DNA of 63,911 nucleotides, filler included, from Octopus bimaculoides (lineage: Eukaryota): assembly GCF_001194135.2 (NCBI RefSeq). It is 6 parts of 4 records of this genome, joined end to end, with 100 filler letters (N's around TTAATTAATTAA, not from the genome) between each part and the next. Parts side by side here need not be neighbours in the genome. Positions count along the whole stretch, not along the records: positions 31,599 to 52,520 come from NC_068995.1; 5 more parts are not named here. One strand, 5' to 3'. Positions 40,138-52,520 of the stretch are shown here, piece by piece. The first letter of the stretch is position 1. Every line of letters starts with the position of its first letter. Below the pieces are notes generated by a model, which worked only from the letters and a program-made list of their open reading frames with translations, ran no database searches and was not told where the DNA came from. Both the position numbers and the translations under genes were made by a program.

Positions 40138-42175
40138 ACAAACACACACACATACTTAGGAACTTATGTTGATAGTCTCCCGCCAATTTCCTTGGATGAC
40201 CGATCCTGTATATACTGGCGTTAAGCAAGTTTGCGTGTGTGTATTATATATGCACTTGTGTGTGTGTGTATGTGTGTGTGTGTGTGTATGTGTGTTTGTG
40301 TGTGTGTGTTAGCGCTTGTGCGCGTGTGTGTGTATGGGCGCGCTCCTCCGTGTATATTCAGTCACATTTGCTTACATTTGCCTATTCAAATCTTTGAAAC
40401 TGTATCAATGAGTTGATGTAACCTTTGACCATTTATACCTCAATCGTCAAAAATAATTTAAACATTCAAATATTTTTTGTCACGTGGAATGGGTTGGGGG
40501 AGGTGAAGGCTTTTTTTGCTTGTTTTTTGTTAATTTTGTGTTTCATTTTCTGTTCTGTTTTTTTTTTTAAGGAAGAAGACTTCATAGAAATTATTTTTGG
40601 CCTTCTCATTATCATTAATCTTAAATAATTTATTCAGTCTATAATATACGCGTATGTTTGTATGTACGTCCGTTTGTGGTATTTATGTATTTGCTTGCGC
40701 ATTACCCTGTGTGTGTATGTGTGAGCGTGTGTGAATGTGTGTGTGTGTGTGTGTGTGTGTGAATATGTGTGTGTGTATGTGTGTATAAGTTACCGCAGTC
40801 ATTCACGTGTAACGTAATTCATATTGACATATCTGTATTTGTGTGTCATTGTACTTTGTTTACACACATACATGTACAAAGATACATACATACATATACA
40901 CCCATGGACACACATATACCTACATACATATCCATGGACACACATATATATATACACACTTGCATATTAATATAATAAATATAAGCATTCATTTATATGC
41001 ACAAACACTATATTTTATACAAACACACACACACACAGATATATGTGATTGTATAAGATATATATGAATGTATGGTGTATCAAGCAGTGCCTATCTAGGT
41101 CAAAACTATAAATATTTATTATTTATTATTAAGTATGAAGAGTAAACGATTGTAATTCATTATAAAAATGGTACATTTAATTATCTTTAATTCGTGGATT
41201 TCTGTGCAGAAATCAGTCGATGTCTACTGTTTGATGTTAGGCAGGCACGTCTTTACGCGGTTTTGATGTTCAATGTAGGTATGTACTGTCATAGAACCAT
41301 TAAGGTTTCACCATGTAGGTTCAGCTCTTATAATACATTAAAATTACTATCGATAAATATACGATAATGCTCTCCACTAATTCACATTACACAGAGAGAC
41401 AAAGTGCGTGTCAGAGTTACACTGCATGTGTGTTGGCCACTGTTGGTAAAGCTGGTTTATATTTCATATGAATTTATAAAATAACAGAACTGAATCTGCC
41501 TGCGTGTATGTATGTCTTACAGGAGATTAGAAAAATAGTGGAAGTGAAGTATGTTAGCTGCGAAAAAAGATTTTAGGAATTCCATGTCCCACTAAAAGAA
41601 AAGTAAAATAAGATTTGGATCCCCTGCTCCACCACAATTTTGGATCCCCAGGCCCCATCGGTGAGGTGTGTGCTCCACGTCAGGAATCGCTGGGCTATGT
41701 GGTGCTGGTGTTGATGTCATTTATGATTGTTTTAGCTGTCGTTAGCTTGCGTCAGCAACTAGCCTCCACCTGTTTACTCCCCGTCTCGTCTTTGTTGTCT
41801 GTCAATGCTCTCTGTCAAGTAGTAGCTAAGGTGTGCTGAATTTATAGTGATGGATAGGCTCGGGGAAAAAAGGGTCCGAAAAGGTGGAAATGTTGCTGGA
41901 GTCACTTTTAGGCAAAAACGCGATTGGTTAGAATTTTATTTTTTAATCATGTGGGTAATATTCAAGCGAATCGCGACATCTGGTGTAGTGATCTCATTGT
42001 TGAATATTCCTGCTACATATGTTTTTAGGTAAGAATGTATATGTGTGTGTATGTATGTATGTGTGTATGTATGTATGTATGTATGTATGTATGTGTGTTT
42101 GTATATTATATATAGATAGATACATACATTTGTACATACATACATACGTACATACATACATGCATACATAGATGT

Positions 42176-42214
<39 letters not shown>

Positions 42215-42383
42215 AATAATTATGCAGATAAACAAATTAGATATATTAAATATAATAGTTTGGATGCGAAATGCAAAATATATATACATGTATGCATGCA
42301 AAACGAGATAAAGCAAAAGGTGGAGACTTTCAACCGGAATATTTAAGTTTAAATATATAGACATTTATATTAATAGAACCAAC

Positions 42384-42461
42384 TTACACAGATCTTAATG
42401 CAGAGAAGTTCAAAGATGGATTCCATCTTTGAACTTCACTGTATTAAGATCTGAAGTGTAA
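42384..42461. other. Near-perfect hairpin of about 31-36 bp
   Basis: CAGATCTTAATGCAGAGAAGTTCAAAGATGG-att-CCATCTTTGAACTTCACTGTATTAAGATCTG; one G-U pair and one mismatch. Confidence 0.85.
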
Positions 42462-43013
42462 GATCTTCTCTAGCCTGATGATGAACGCTCATCTCATCCA
42501 ATCTTGACTGCATCCATTACGGCCGCATACTGTGATGAACTACATCAACCAACATTATTATTGATCTTCGAGTCCCCAGAAACAGCTGTTGGATTTATAA
42601 CACCTTTCTCCAACCTTTTGAATTTTTTCTATTGTTTGTACTCGGTGTAAGATGGATCTGTTAATATAATTATTTCCATGTGTGTGGTTTTTTAAAGTTT
42701 CTTTTAATCTCTTTTGTATGTTTAAACTTTTATTGCTCTGCTGTAAAAATTGTTTAAGGAGTAATACCGAGTGTATTGAGGACTTACAACCACCATCACC
42801 GTTGTCCTAATGTTTTTTTCATTCTGTTTCCCCAATACAAAATAGTTCTGGCAAGTCTTGAAGAGTTTCGTCCACTTTACATCGTGTGTTGGCTGTATTT
42901 TAATCACGTCACCGACACTGAAGCAGCAGGATTAAAAAGCTCTTCTTTAATCAGTATCACCCTTTCTTCATTGTTACTCCCCTTTATAAATGAGTTGCAT
43001 GCAATAGGGCTTA

Positions 43014-43194
43014 TCAGGGGCTGCTGAAAAGTTCCTAGCTTTGAGGGTATCGCGAAAGACCTGATTCGAGGCCCAACCTTCCGAGTTCTTCTACAGGGCT
43101 TAGAAAAACAGAGGGACCACTGCAATAAGCGTGTGAATCTGATCCTCCTGTATTTTCTCTTACTCAAAGCCAGGAACTTTCTGGTACACCCTCG
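43014..43194. mobile_element. Mariner-derived MITE
   Basis: Imperfect roughly 35-bp TIRs containing GAAA(A)GTTCCT(A/G)GCTTTGAG; TA flanks. Confidence 0.7.
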
Positions 43195-45429
43195 TAGGAG
43201 TATTCCGCATTTCTTTCGTTCCTTTTTTCTTTTGATATAATTTAGATGTTCTCTCTGCTGGTAACCACATTACAGGGTAAACAACCGTGGGTATGGACCA
43301 TCATATTTCCAAGACAAATAAGAGTTCCAGAGAATTTGTCATGGTAGGTGTCAGCAAAATTAGTAAATTTCAAAAATTCAGTGAGTTTACTGAAAAGGGT
43401 CAACTGGAATAAATACAATTACTTTCTTCTGCTCTCAGGCTGAATCGTTAGAGTTTCCCCTCTCCTCGCACCACATGACGTATTCGGTTTTCAAAATACA
43501 GTTAAGTCATGTGCCTGACATTTACATATAAATATCTTATTCTTGTTGCAGACGGGAAAGTTTTGATGCTTTGATCTATAAAAAATAAGCAGCTAAGGAT
43601 AATTGTACGTTTCCCCACAGAACATATATTACAATCTTAACACTGTCGGTCAACACTGTCGGCGTTTAGAAATCTCTGCCGACATGTCAGTCTCAATACG
43701 TGCCTGAGTATCATCAGCCATGATATCTTAGACTCCCTTTAAGAAATCGTTAGAAATAGCAGTTGTTTCTTTGGAAAAGCACAATGGTTAGGCGGTTTTA
43801 TACCATGTAAGAAATGTAGTTTAGTCACTTCCACTTTACCTTTCAGGGACAGTTTCCTTTCGGACGGTTCTGGGTGAGAATGAGTATCCTTGTCATGACC
43901 TCTTCCTGTTTTTTTCTTAACTACATGGAAATCTAATATCAACCAGACACAAGCACCTCAATTGAACCCTCCGACAAAAGCCTTCGTGACACATATGACC
44001 AGTTGCCATGTTTGAAATCACTGGACTTACTCCTGTGTTACTGTGGCATTCTGCTCTTCCTCTAGAATGGTATCAACTACTTCAATTTCTGACGTAATGA
44101 TGATGTGGTCTGTGAGACCAAACATAGCTTTTCTGTATCCGAGTTCGAACAGGATACTCCACAATCTCTCAAAAATCTACAGTAATCGATCTGGCTCTAA
44201 AACACAAAAGAGAAAGCGTCTTTGGTGGAACGTGTGCTCGATTCGAAATAGGTCCGATGAGTGTCCGTATAATACGACCACCAGATGCATGCATTGGGAC
44301 ACTATATCGAAAGCAGTCTCCGAAAACGGGATCAGTAGGGATGGACATCGAATTATCCGTTTACAGCTGACTAACAAGAGATTTTTGCATTGAACGACGG
44401 TAAATATTTTAAATAATAGCCATCTATATATCGTTCTTAATGTATACACATTGACGACAGTACAGTTACTGCAACATATGTCCTGAAATAACTTTTTTTT
44501 TGTTGTGTTAAAAACAATAAATATAAGAAAGGCATGAAAATACGTCTAGCAGTGGTCAGCAAGAATACCAATGTATACGCACAGCCCGTAACATTCTGGG
44601 GTGAGAATTCGTCGCCTCTGATACAGAAAAAAGTGAATAAAACATATAACGTCACGAATAGCCGCCTGCCTGAATAAAAATCTGGTATGCACAACTGAGG
44701 CAGTATTAAATTAAAATAGCCTTCTTAGTATCATACATTAGTCGTCGTCTTTGATATGGGAAGAAGTGAATAAAAAGAGATAAAAATGGTAACTATATGC
44801 ATACAATATTTTTGGTAGTTACTGTTCTCAAGTTGAACGAGACTTAAGTTATGGTTAAATCGAAAAAACTGAGGAAAATGGTAATCGTGTTTCTACGCTA
44901 GCAACAATTGTCTTTTGGAGTGTTGCTATTAGAATTTGATCAGTTGAATAACTGTGATGTGAGGAGAATCTAACATCTCGGACCTTTGTCCTTCGTTTGA
45001 GATTGACAGAGATAAACTAGTGTTGTTTTTGTTGTGGGCAAGTACATCACTTTGTCTCTCTCTTTCTCATGTCCTGATCAAGGTTAAAGAGATCCGTCAC
45101 ATTAGATTCTTCTCCTCACTGAGCAAACTCTCTTATCAACTAGGTTATTGTTGTTAATGCTGTTGGCAACCTTCAGCAAACAGGTACATTCATAAAATCC
45201 ACTTCACTGCAACTGCTACTACACCGCAACGACTACCCCGTCTTCATTGTAGGGTTGTATCCATGTTTTCCTTCTCAAAATGAAACAGCTGGGAGTCGTT
45301 CATAGACATTCCATTACAGTACTGAACAGCACATTCTTCAACACGAAGCAAAAGATATTTCACCATTTACAGAAAATCTCTGTTGTAAACACTACTGTGA
45401 AGTTCTCAGTTTGTTTCTGTTTGCAGTTT

Positions 45430-45650
45430 ATATTGCTTTCAAATTTTGGCACAAGGCCAGCAATTTCGGAGAGGGGTAAGTTGATTACATCAACTCCAGG
45501 ACTCAACTGGTACTTGTTTTATCGATCTCGAAAGGATGAAAGGCAAAGTTGACCTCGACGGAATTTGAACTGAGAACGTAAAAACAGACGAAATGACACT
45601 AAGAATTTTGTCCGGTGTGCTAACGGTTCTGTTGGTTTGCCACCTTGTTT
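45430..45650 (-). mobile_element. SINE family B
   Basis: Homology to 8277-8490. Confidence 0.85.
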
Positions 45651-45789
45651 GCAATTAATATTAAGTGTAGAAAGTTGTAATTCATATAAAATTGAAAATT
45701 CTTGTAAAATAGTTAAAACTTAATTAGCTATTGAACGATTTTTTGTTTTGGCACGAGAGTTCCTGCTTGAATATCAGTGCATAAGAAAT

Positions 45790-45975
45790 GAACTTAGCTG
45801 GGTAGCATTCCTTGCAGCTCTTTACGTTTTGAGTTGAAATGCCGCTGAGGTCAGCTTGCCTTTCATACCTTTGGGAACAATAAAATAGATTAACAGTCAA
45901 GTACTCAGGTCGATGTGATCGACTTGCTCCCTCCCTTCAAAATTGCTGGCCTTATGCCAAAATAAGAAAGAATTT
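45790..45975 (+). mobile_element. SINE family B
   Basis: Homology to 8277-8490. Confidence 0.75.
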
Positions 45976-46664
45976 ATCTCCCAATCTTCTTACCATTGAA
46001 GGCCTCACTGTACAGAAAGCTCTGACTTATCATGACTTTCTCCCTCAGCTTTTACCAACGATACAGGGCCCTTAATAGAGCTAACAATAAAAGGAACTCT
46101 ATCGGCACAAAATAGTTCAAAGTTATTACAAGTGTATAAAATATAAAACATAGGTTTTAATTACTCTTTATCTCCATAATTGGCATAATGTAATGAGAAA
46201 AGATAATGAAACAGGGCAATTTGCTCGGTTGTCCCGAACGCACTTAGGACTCTTCAAGGGCACATTCTTTGAGAACCAGAATGGTGGTTAGAGAATTTGG
46301 CGGCAAGAATGAGAATACCTGAAGTTTGAATTAGACATTAAAATATAGACAGAAACGATATGAACTCATATTACTGAAAATACTGATACTTCTCTTAATA
46401 TTCAAATCCATATATTCCAAGTCTTATTCACACATATGAATCGACGAGTGATATTCTATCAAATTCTTCCAAAGGTTTTAAAGTTGCAAAAGCAGTTTTG
46501 CTACACAGAAGTTGGATATAAAGATCAAATGGAATAAGCTATAAAAATGATATATTGTTTATGGTGGTGTATAAAATGAAGGAAACTATTTTTCAAAGAA
46601 TGTCTGAAGACTAAAAATTTCTAGTTCACTCCCTGATATGGTGCAGTGGCTTCAATATATTAAA

Positions 46665-46870
46665 TATTGGTTTCAGATTTTGGCACAAGGCCAGCAAGTT
46701 CTAGGGAGGGGTTAAGTCGATTACACTGAATCCAGTGGTCAGCTGGTACTTATTTCATAGATCCCGAAAGGATGAAAGGCAAAATTTGAATTCCGAACAT
46801 AAAGTCGGGCGAAATATCACCAAGCATTTAGTCCGGAGTGTAATGATTCTGCTAGCCAGCCACCTTATCA
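46665..46870 (-). mobile_element. SINE family B
   Basis: Homology to 8277-8490. Confidence 0.8.
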
Positions 46871-47187
46871 ATGTATTAAATATTAAGCGAGATGGTGGAT
46901 TGCGTTAAAACAAAAACAAATATTAAAAAAAATCTTTAGTCGATGAAGTATTATTCTTGTCCTTCCTCTTCCTGCAAAAACATTTAATTACTATTTTAAA
47001 TTATATATATTGCATACACACAATGAGAAAATGGCGTATAATGCACGCAAAGCATAATATAATGATATATAATGTATATACAATAAGGACAATGTTTAAT
47101 ATATTTTCATAGCTGAGTGCCGAGGACACAATGTTGCCCAACCTTGATTTAAACGGTCAGGTGGTGGAGTGGTAAACTAAGTGGGAT

Positions 47188-47280
47188 CCCTCTCTCGATC
47201 TCGATTTTCAGCACGAATACGGACCGCGAAAGCGTGGCCCGTTGATCCTTTCCGAACAGCGGCGAGCTTTGCATCCGCAT

Positions 47281-47311
<31 letters not shown>

Positions 47312-47686
47312 ATGGCTTGTGGTGGCCAAGCGTTTGCAAAGACATTGCTTTCTGATCCTTCGATGTTGGCTCTTCCTATCATTGATTTCAAATTTTGGCA
47401 CAAGGCCAGAGGGAATAAGTAGATTACATCGTCTCACGTGCTAAACTGGTACTTATTTTATTGTTCTCGGAAGGATGAAAGACAAAGTAGGCCTCAGCGG
47501 AATTTGAACTCAAAACCTAAAGACAGACGAAATGCCGCTAAGTATTTTGGCCAGCGTGCTAACGATTCTACCAGCTCCATCCAATGCGAAGCAGAATTCG
47601 TAAAGCGCTGGATTGTTCACCCACTAACAGGGAACGCGAGCTGGATTGAGACCGTCGTGAGACAGGTTAGTTTTATCCTACCGATG
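47188..47686 (+). pseudogene. 28S rRNA pseudogene fragment (peptidyl-transferase region), split by a SINE
   Basis: GAGGTGTCAGAAAAGTTACCACAGGGATAA, GATCCTTCGATGTTGGCTCTTCCTATCATTG and GGATTGTTCACCCACTAA...GACCGTCGTGAGACAGGTTAGTTTTA match conserved eukaryotic 28S with substitutions. Confidence 0.92.
47385..47580 (-). mobile_element. SINE family B inserted in the 28S relic
   Basis: Family B homology; 28S sequence resumes directly after it. Confidence 0.85.
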
Positions 47687-47734
47687 CATCTCGCGTGCCC
47701 AGCGCCTCGATTGAACAAACAACGTAAAGAACCG

Positions 47735-47830
47735 CCAAGCCTCCGGAGTTTTATGAAATCAAATGAGAATAACCGTCTAAGTATAGAAACACTGAAAGAA
47801 ATTTTGAATATCAAATTAAACGAAGTGGTA
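47735..47830 (+). mobile_element. Possible hAT transposase dimerisation-domain relic
   Basis: RSFMKSNENNRLSIETLKEILNIKLN resembles the hAT C-terminal RNRL..ETL..LL.IK.N motif. Confidence 0.4.
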
Positions 47831-48637
47831 AATGTTGTTATGATTATAAACCACCTAGCGAACTGTTAACGAAAACTGAATAGCATAGATGCTTGTAAAT
47901 CACGTGAAACTGCAATTTCTAGATCAAAAGAAATTGATCCAAGATATCGAAATCATCGAAAGTATCATGGACTAAAAATATCAGTAATTAAGTTAGTTTC
48001 ATTCTAATTTCTTTAGATCTGAAATTTTTGCTATAAACCTTTTGAAATTTACCTTTTTAAGTGACTTTTTGCTTGGCTGCAATTTTTGTATCTTTCAAAT
48101 CTATTTAGTGCCTTTTAGCTTTCGAAATAGTGATCTTTAGGATTTTGAATTGACAACCCAGGTTCCAGATCAGTCTTGCTTTCTTGCTTTGGATTTGAGT
48201 TTAGCTCTCGATTCCGCAGTCTCTATTGTCTTCACTCCTATTGACCTACTTTCTTTCGTATAGTTCTGAAATTTGTCTGGATTGACAGATTAGAAGCGAC
48301 CTCTTTCAGTTGCTTGAGAATATTTTTACTGCATGTATTTCCAATCCTGTTGGTTTTTATATTACGATTTAATATAAATGAATCATTTTATGCTACACTT
48401 TCAGTGCATTTTCGACTCCTGTTATTTCCGTTGATACTAGTACTTGTATGAATAAATAACTATCATATATATATATAACATAAATAATATATAAACATTA
48501 CCTGAAAATACTATTGCAAAAACTCCAAAAGTTTCAACAGACTATGACTAAAAAACAGAAGACTGAAGATTACACTAACAAATATGGATTACCTATAAAT
48601 ATATGCATATTTCCATACATATATGTACATACCTACA

Positions 48638-48686
<49 letters not shown>

Positions 48687-50476
48687 NNNNNNNNNNNNNN
48701 NNNNNNNNNNNNNNNNNNNNNNNNNNNNNNNNNNNNNNNNNNNNNNNNNNNNNNNNNNNNNNNNNNNNNNNNNNNNNNNNNNNNNNNNNNNNNNNNNNNN
48801 NNNNNNNNNNNNNNNNNNNNNNNNNNNNNNNNNNNNNNNNNNNNNNNNNNNNNNNNNNNNNNNNNNNNNNNNNNNNNNNNNNNNNNNNNNNNNNNNNNNN
48901 NNNNNNNNNNNNNNNNNNNNNNNNNNNNNNNNNNNNNNNNNNNNNNNNNNNNNNNNNNNNNNNNNNNNNNNNNNNNNNNNNNNNNNNNNNNNNNNNNNNN
49001 NNNNNNNNNNNNNNNNNNNNNNNNNNNNNNNNNNNNNNNNNNNNNNNNNNNNNNNNNNNNNNNNNNNNNNNNNNNNNNNNNNNNNNNNNNNNNNNNNNNN
49101 NNNNNNNNNNNNNNNNNNNNNNNNNNNNNNNNNNNNNNNNNNNNNNNNNNNNNNNNNNNNNNNNNNNNNNNNNNNNNNNNNNNNNNNNNNNNNNNNNNNN
49201 NNNNNNNNNNNNNNNNNNNNNNNNNNNNNNNNNNNNNNNNNNNNNNNNNNNNNNNNNNNNNNNNNNNNNNNNNNNNNNNNNNNNNNNNNNNNNNNNNNNN
49301 NNNNNNNNNNNNNNNNNNNNNNNNNNNNNNNNNNNNNNNNNNNNNNNNNNNNNNNNNNNNNNNNNNNNNNNNNNNNNNNNNNNNNNNNNNNNNNNNNNNN
49401 NNNNNNNNNNNNNNNNNNNNNNNNNNNNNNNNNNNNNNNNNNNNNNNNNNNNNNNNNNNNNNNNNNNNNNNNNNNNNNNNNNNNNNNNNNNNNNNNNNNN
49501 NNNNNNNNNNNNNNNNNNNNNNNNNNNNNNNNNNNNNNNNNNNNNNNNNNNNNNNNNNNNNAAACATGCACATGCACGCCATATCACAGACACACTAGAC
49601 ACGCAGACAGACAGACACACACACACACACACACATACACACACACACATACACACGCAGACACGCACATACACATTAGACAAACTCTCAAACACACCGC
49701 ACGCAAGCCGCACACACAGACACACATAGAGACACACACTGCACGCATACACCCACATATACACAGACGCGCGACCCGCACACACAGATAGACTAATCAC
49801 GAATTACACGCACACACCTACTCACACGCGCACACTACTGACACGCATACACACACTATGCATAAGTTGCATACACATTATTCGCACAAACACACAGACA
49901 CATGCGCGTGCACACAGACACACACGCACACTTACATGCATGCAGCACACACAGACACACAACTCATATATATATTTATATACACATACACACACACATG
50001 CTCTATATAAAAGGTAAATACATATACAGACGCACAACAAACACATAAACATACACTACGCAGAAGCTACACACAGACAGACGACACGCAAACTGAACAT
50101 GCACAAACACACAGACACACAAATACACTACATTGAAAAACACATTATACACATACACAAGCTTTGTGGAAGCCTTTACAGTTTGAACTTTCGATGAACC
50201 ACCACTGAAAAGTAGATCAAGAGATAAGAGGTAGGAGGGGTAGTAGTGGTAGTAGGAGGGGAAGGAGGTCACAATTATAGAGACACTTCCTAACTCCATG
50301 TCTGCTGCCTGCTTGTCTACCCCTACTTTGCTCTCCCTTTCTATTTCTTTCTCTCTTCTCTCTTTCTTTTCCTCGCTGGCTTGTTTGATGGATGAATTTG
50401 GTTGTTTATTACTGTGTGTATGTGCGTGTCTGTGTGTATGTGAGTGTATGGATGGATGTATATGCGCACGTAAAGA

Positions 50477-50510
<34 letters not shown>

Positions 50511-50543
50511 GTATATATATGTATATATATGTATATATATGTA

Positions 50544-50584
<41 letters not shown>

Positions 50585-50657
50585 GTATATATATATATAT
50601 ATATATACCAGAGTAAGCATATAAATGTGATACAAAATGGGGAAAAATAGTCCCCGA

Positions 50658-50798
50658 ATAGCTGCAAAAACATCACAAAATTATCACCAAAAACTACTAC
50701 TCAGAGTTTCACGTTCCCGTTCGTAGGACAAGAATCACAACTGTCCGACGAAAGTAGCAGTTTTTTTGTAATATTTTCGTGACGTTTTTGCAGCTTTA
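50658..50798. mobile_element. Inverted pair of degenerate hammerhead-bearing repeat ends
   Basis: Arms 50658-50700 and 50754-50798 are reverse complements; minus strand reads UUGU-CCUACGA-ACGGGAACGU-GAAA-CUCUGAG-UA. Confidence 0.55.
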
Positions 50799-50858
50799 AT
50801 AATAACGAATATATATATATGTATATATTGGAAAAAAATAATAAGGTACTCAGATATG

Positions 50859-50909
<51 letters not shown>

Positions 50910-51231
50910 NNNNNNNNNNNNNNNNNNNNNNNNNNNNNNNNNNNNNNNNNNNNNNNNNNNNNNNNNNNNNNNNNNNNNNNNNNNNNNNNNNNNNNNNNNN
51001 NNNNNNNNNNNNNNNNNNNNNNNNNNNNNNNNNNNNNNNNNNNNNNNNNNNNNNNNNNNNNNNNNNNNNNNNNNNNNNNNNNNNNNNNNNNNNNNNNNNN
51101 NNNNNNNNNNNNNNNNNNNNNNNNNNNNNNNNNNNNNNNNNNNNNNNNNNNNNNNNNNNNNNNNNNNNNNNNNNNNNNNNNNNNNNNNNNNNNNNNNNNN
51201 NNNNNNNNNNNGGGCCATATTTTTTTTCGAT

Positions 51232-51302
51232 GGCCCTATAACTGAAGAGATGCCGGCGTGGGTTTCCGCCCCGACATCCGAAACTCGGAGTTTTATCATG
51301 GC
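51232..51302 (+). ncRNA. Type I hammerhead ribozyme candidate with minimal stem III
   Basis: AUAA-CUGAAGA-GAUG...CAUC(C)-GAAA-CUCGGAG-UU-UUAU; stems I, II and III are all present. Confidence 0.65.
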
Positions 51303-51609
51303 TACCGAATAATTGTCACATATTATATTTACAGATAAATTCCTCTATTTACATAATATCGAGGTCTCTTTCATTCTTTTGTTGTCTTGCCAATGCTATC
51401 AATATATATGTATATACCCCCACCCCACATAGGGCTTCCACACAGTTTCCGCCTTTCAAATCCATTCACGTGGTAATGATCACCACCCTACAACTATAGT
51501 ACATGACACTAGTTCAAAGCGAACTTCTGTACCACACAGATGTATTGTATGTATGTACGTATGTATGTATGTATGTATGTATGTATGTATAATTCTCTCT
51601 CTCTTCCTC

Positions 51610-51800
51610 TCTTTTTTTAACGTCCGTATTCCATGCTGGCATGGGTTGAACTGTTTGCCAGGAGCTGGGCAGCTGAAGAGCTGCTCCGGTTCAATGACTG
51701 TTTTGACATGGTTTCTTCGGCTGGATGCCCTTCATAACACCAACCATTCTAAAGAGTGTACTGAGTGCTTTTGCGCAGCACCGACACAGGTGCGTTTATG
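51610..51800 (-). mobile_element. RTE-type 3' UTR fragment
   Basis: TTTAACGTCCGTATTCCATGCTGGCATGGG matches 24848-25100. Confidence 0.7.
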
Positions 51801-52457
51801 TGGCACCGGTACGGTTACTTTATAAGTGGTAAAGGCAGCCACGAGCCCACAAGATTAAGTAAGAATGCTCTGCTGGAGAGGAATGCAGGGGACAAACCTG
51901 TATGCAAGGACAACGTCGCGCTTACTTAGCAAATCGCCAAGACTCTCGGTGCCCTGTGATCTTCTCTGTGAGTACCAACGTCTGTAGATTCAATTGGTTA
52001 ATGTGAAGTACAGGGAGACGTGTAAGCACAGACCTGCAATCCCAATAATGGGTTGGCGGGTTTGGTCCCGCTGTACGGCACATTGACCAATTGGTTTGCT
52101 GTAAGGGCTAAGGTTATGCCACAGCTTGTGAGTGAAGTCTGGCAGGCGTGTATGCTCGTGCATGTACGTTATACTGCTCAGAAGACAGTTGCTGTTTATG
52201 CTGTGTCTCGCAATGTTGCTATTCAACGAATAGGATTGATCTCATGCTAAAATAATAACTCCAACAACTGAAGCTTTCTATGAGTCCTAATGTCATACCA
52301 GACAATCTATATTGGCTTCATCAACGGAAGCCTCCAAAAACCTCGCCAGTACAGTCATGGTAATCTTGTTTTCCTTCAACAACAATAAATTAATAAAAAT
52401 AAAAATAGATAAACACAGTCATTGTGCAGGTGTGGTAAGAAGTTTGCTACACACGCG

Positions 52458-52520
<63 letters not shown>

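Noticed and set aside
42474-42500. CTGATGA next to the long hairpin (possible hammerhead core or box C)
   Set aside because: No downstream GAAA with stem III and no box D partner
47188-47686. Functional 28S rRNA gene or R2 target site
   Set aside because: Short, mutated at conserved positions and SINE-interrupted; the R2 target sequence lies outside this fragment
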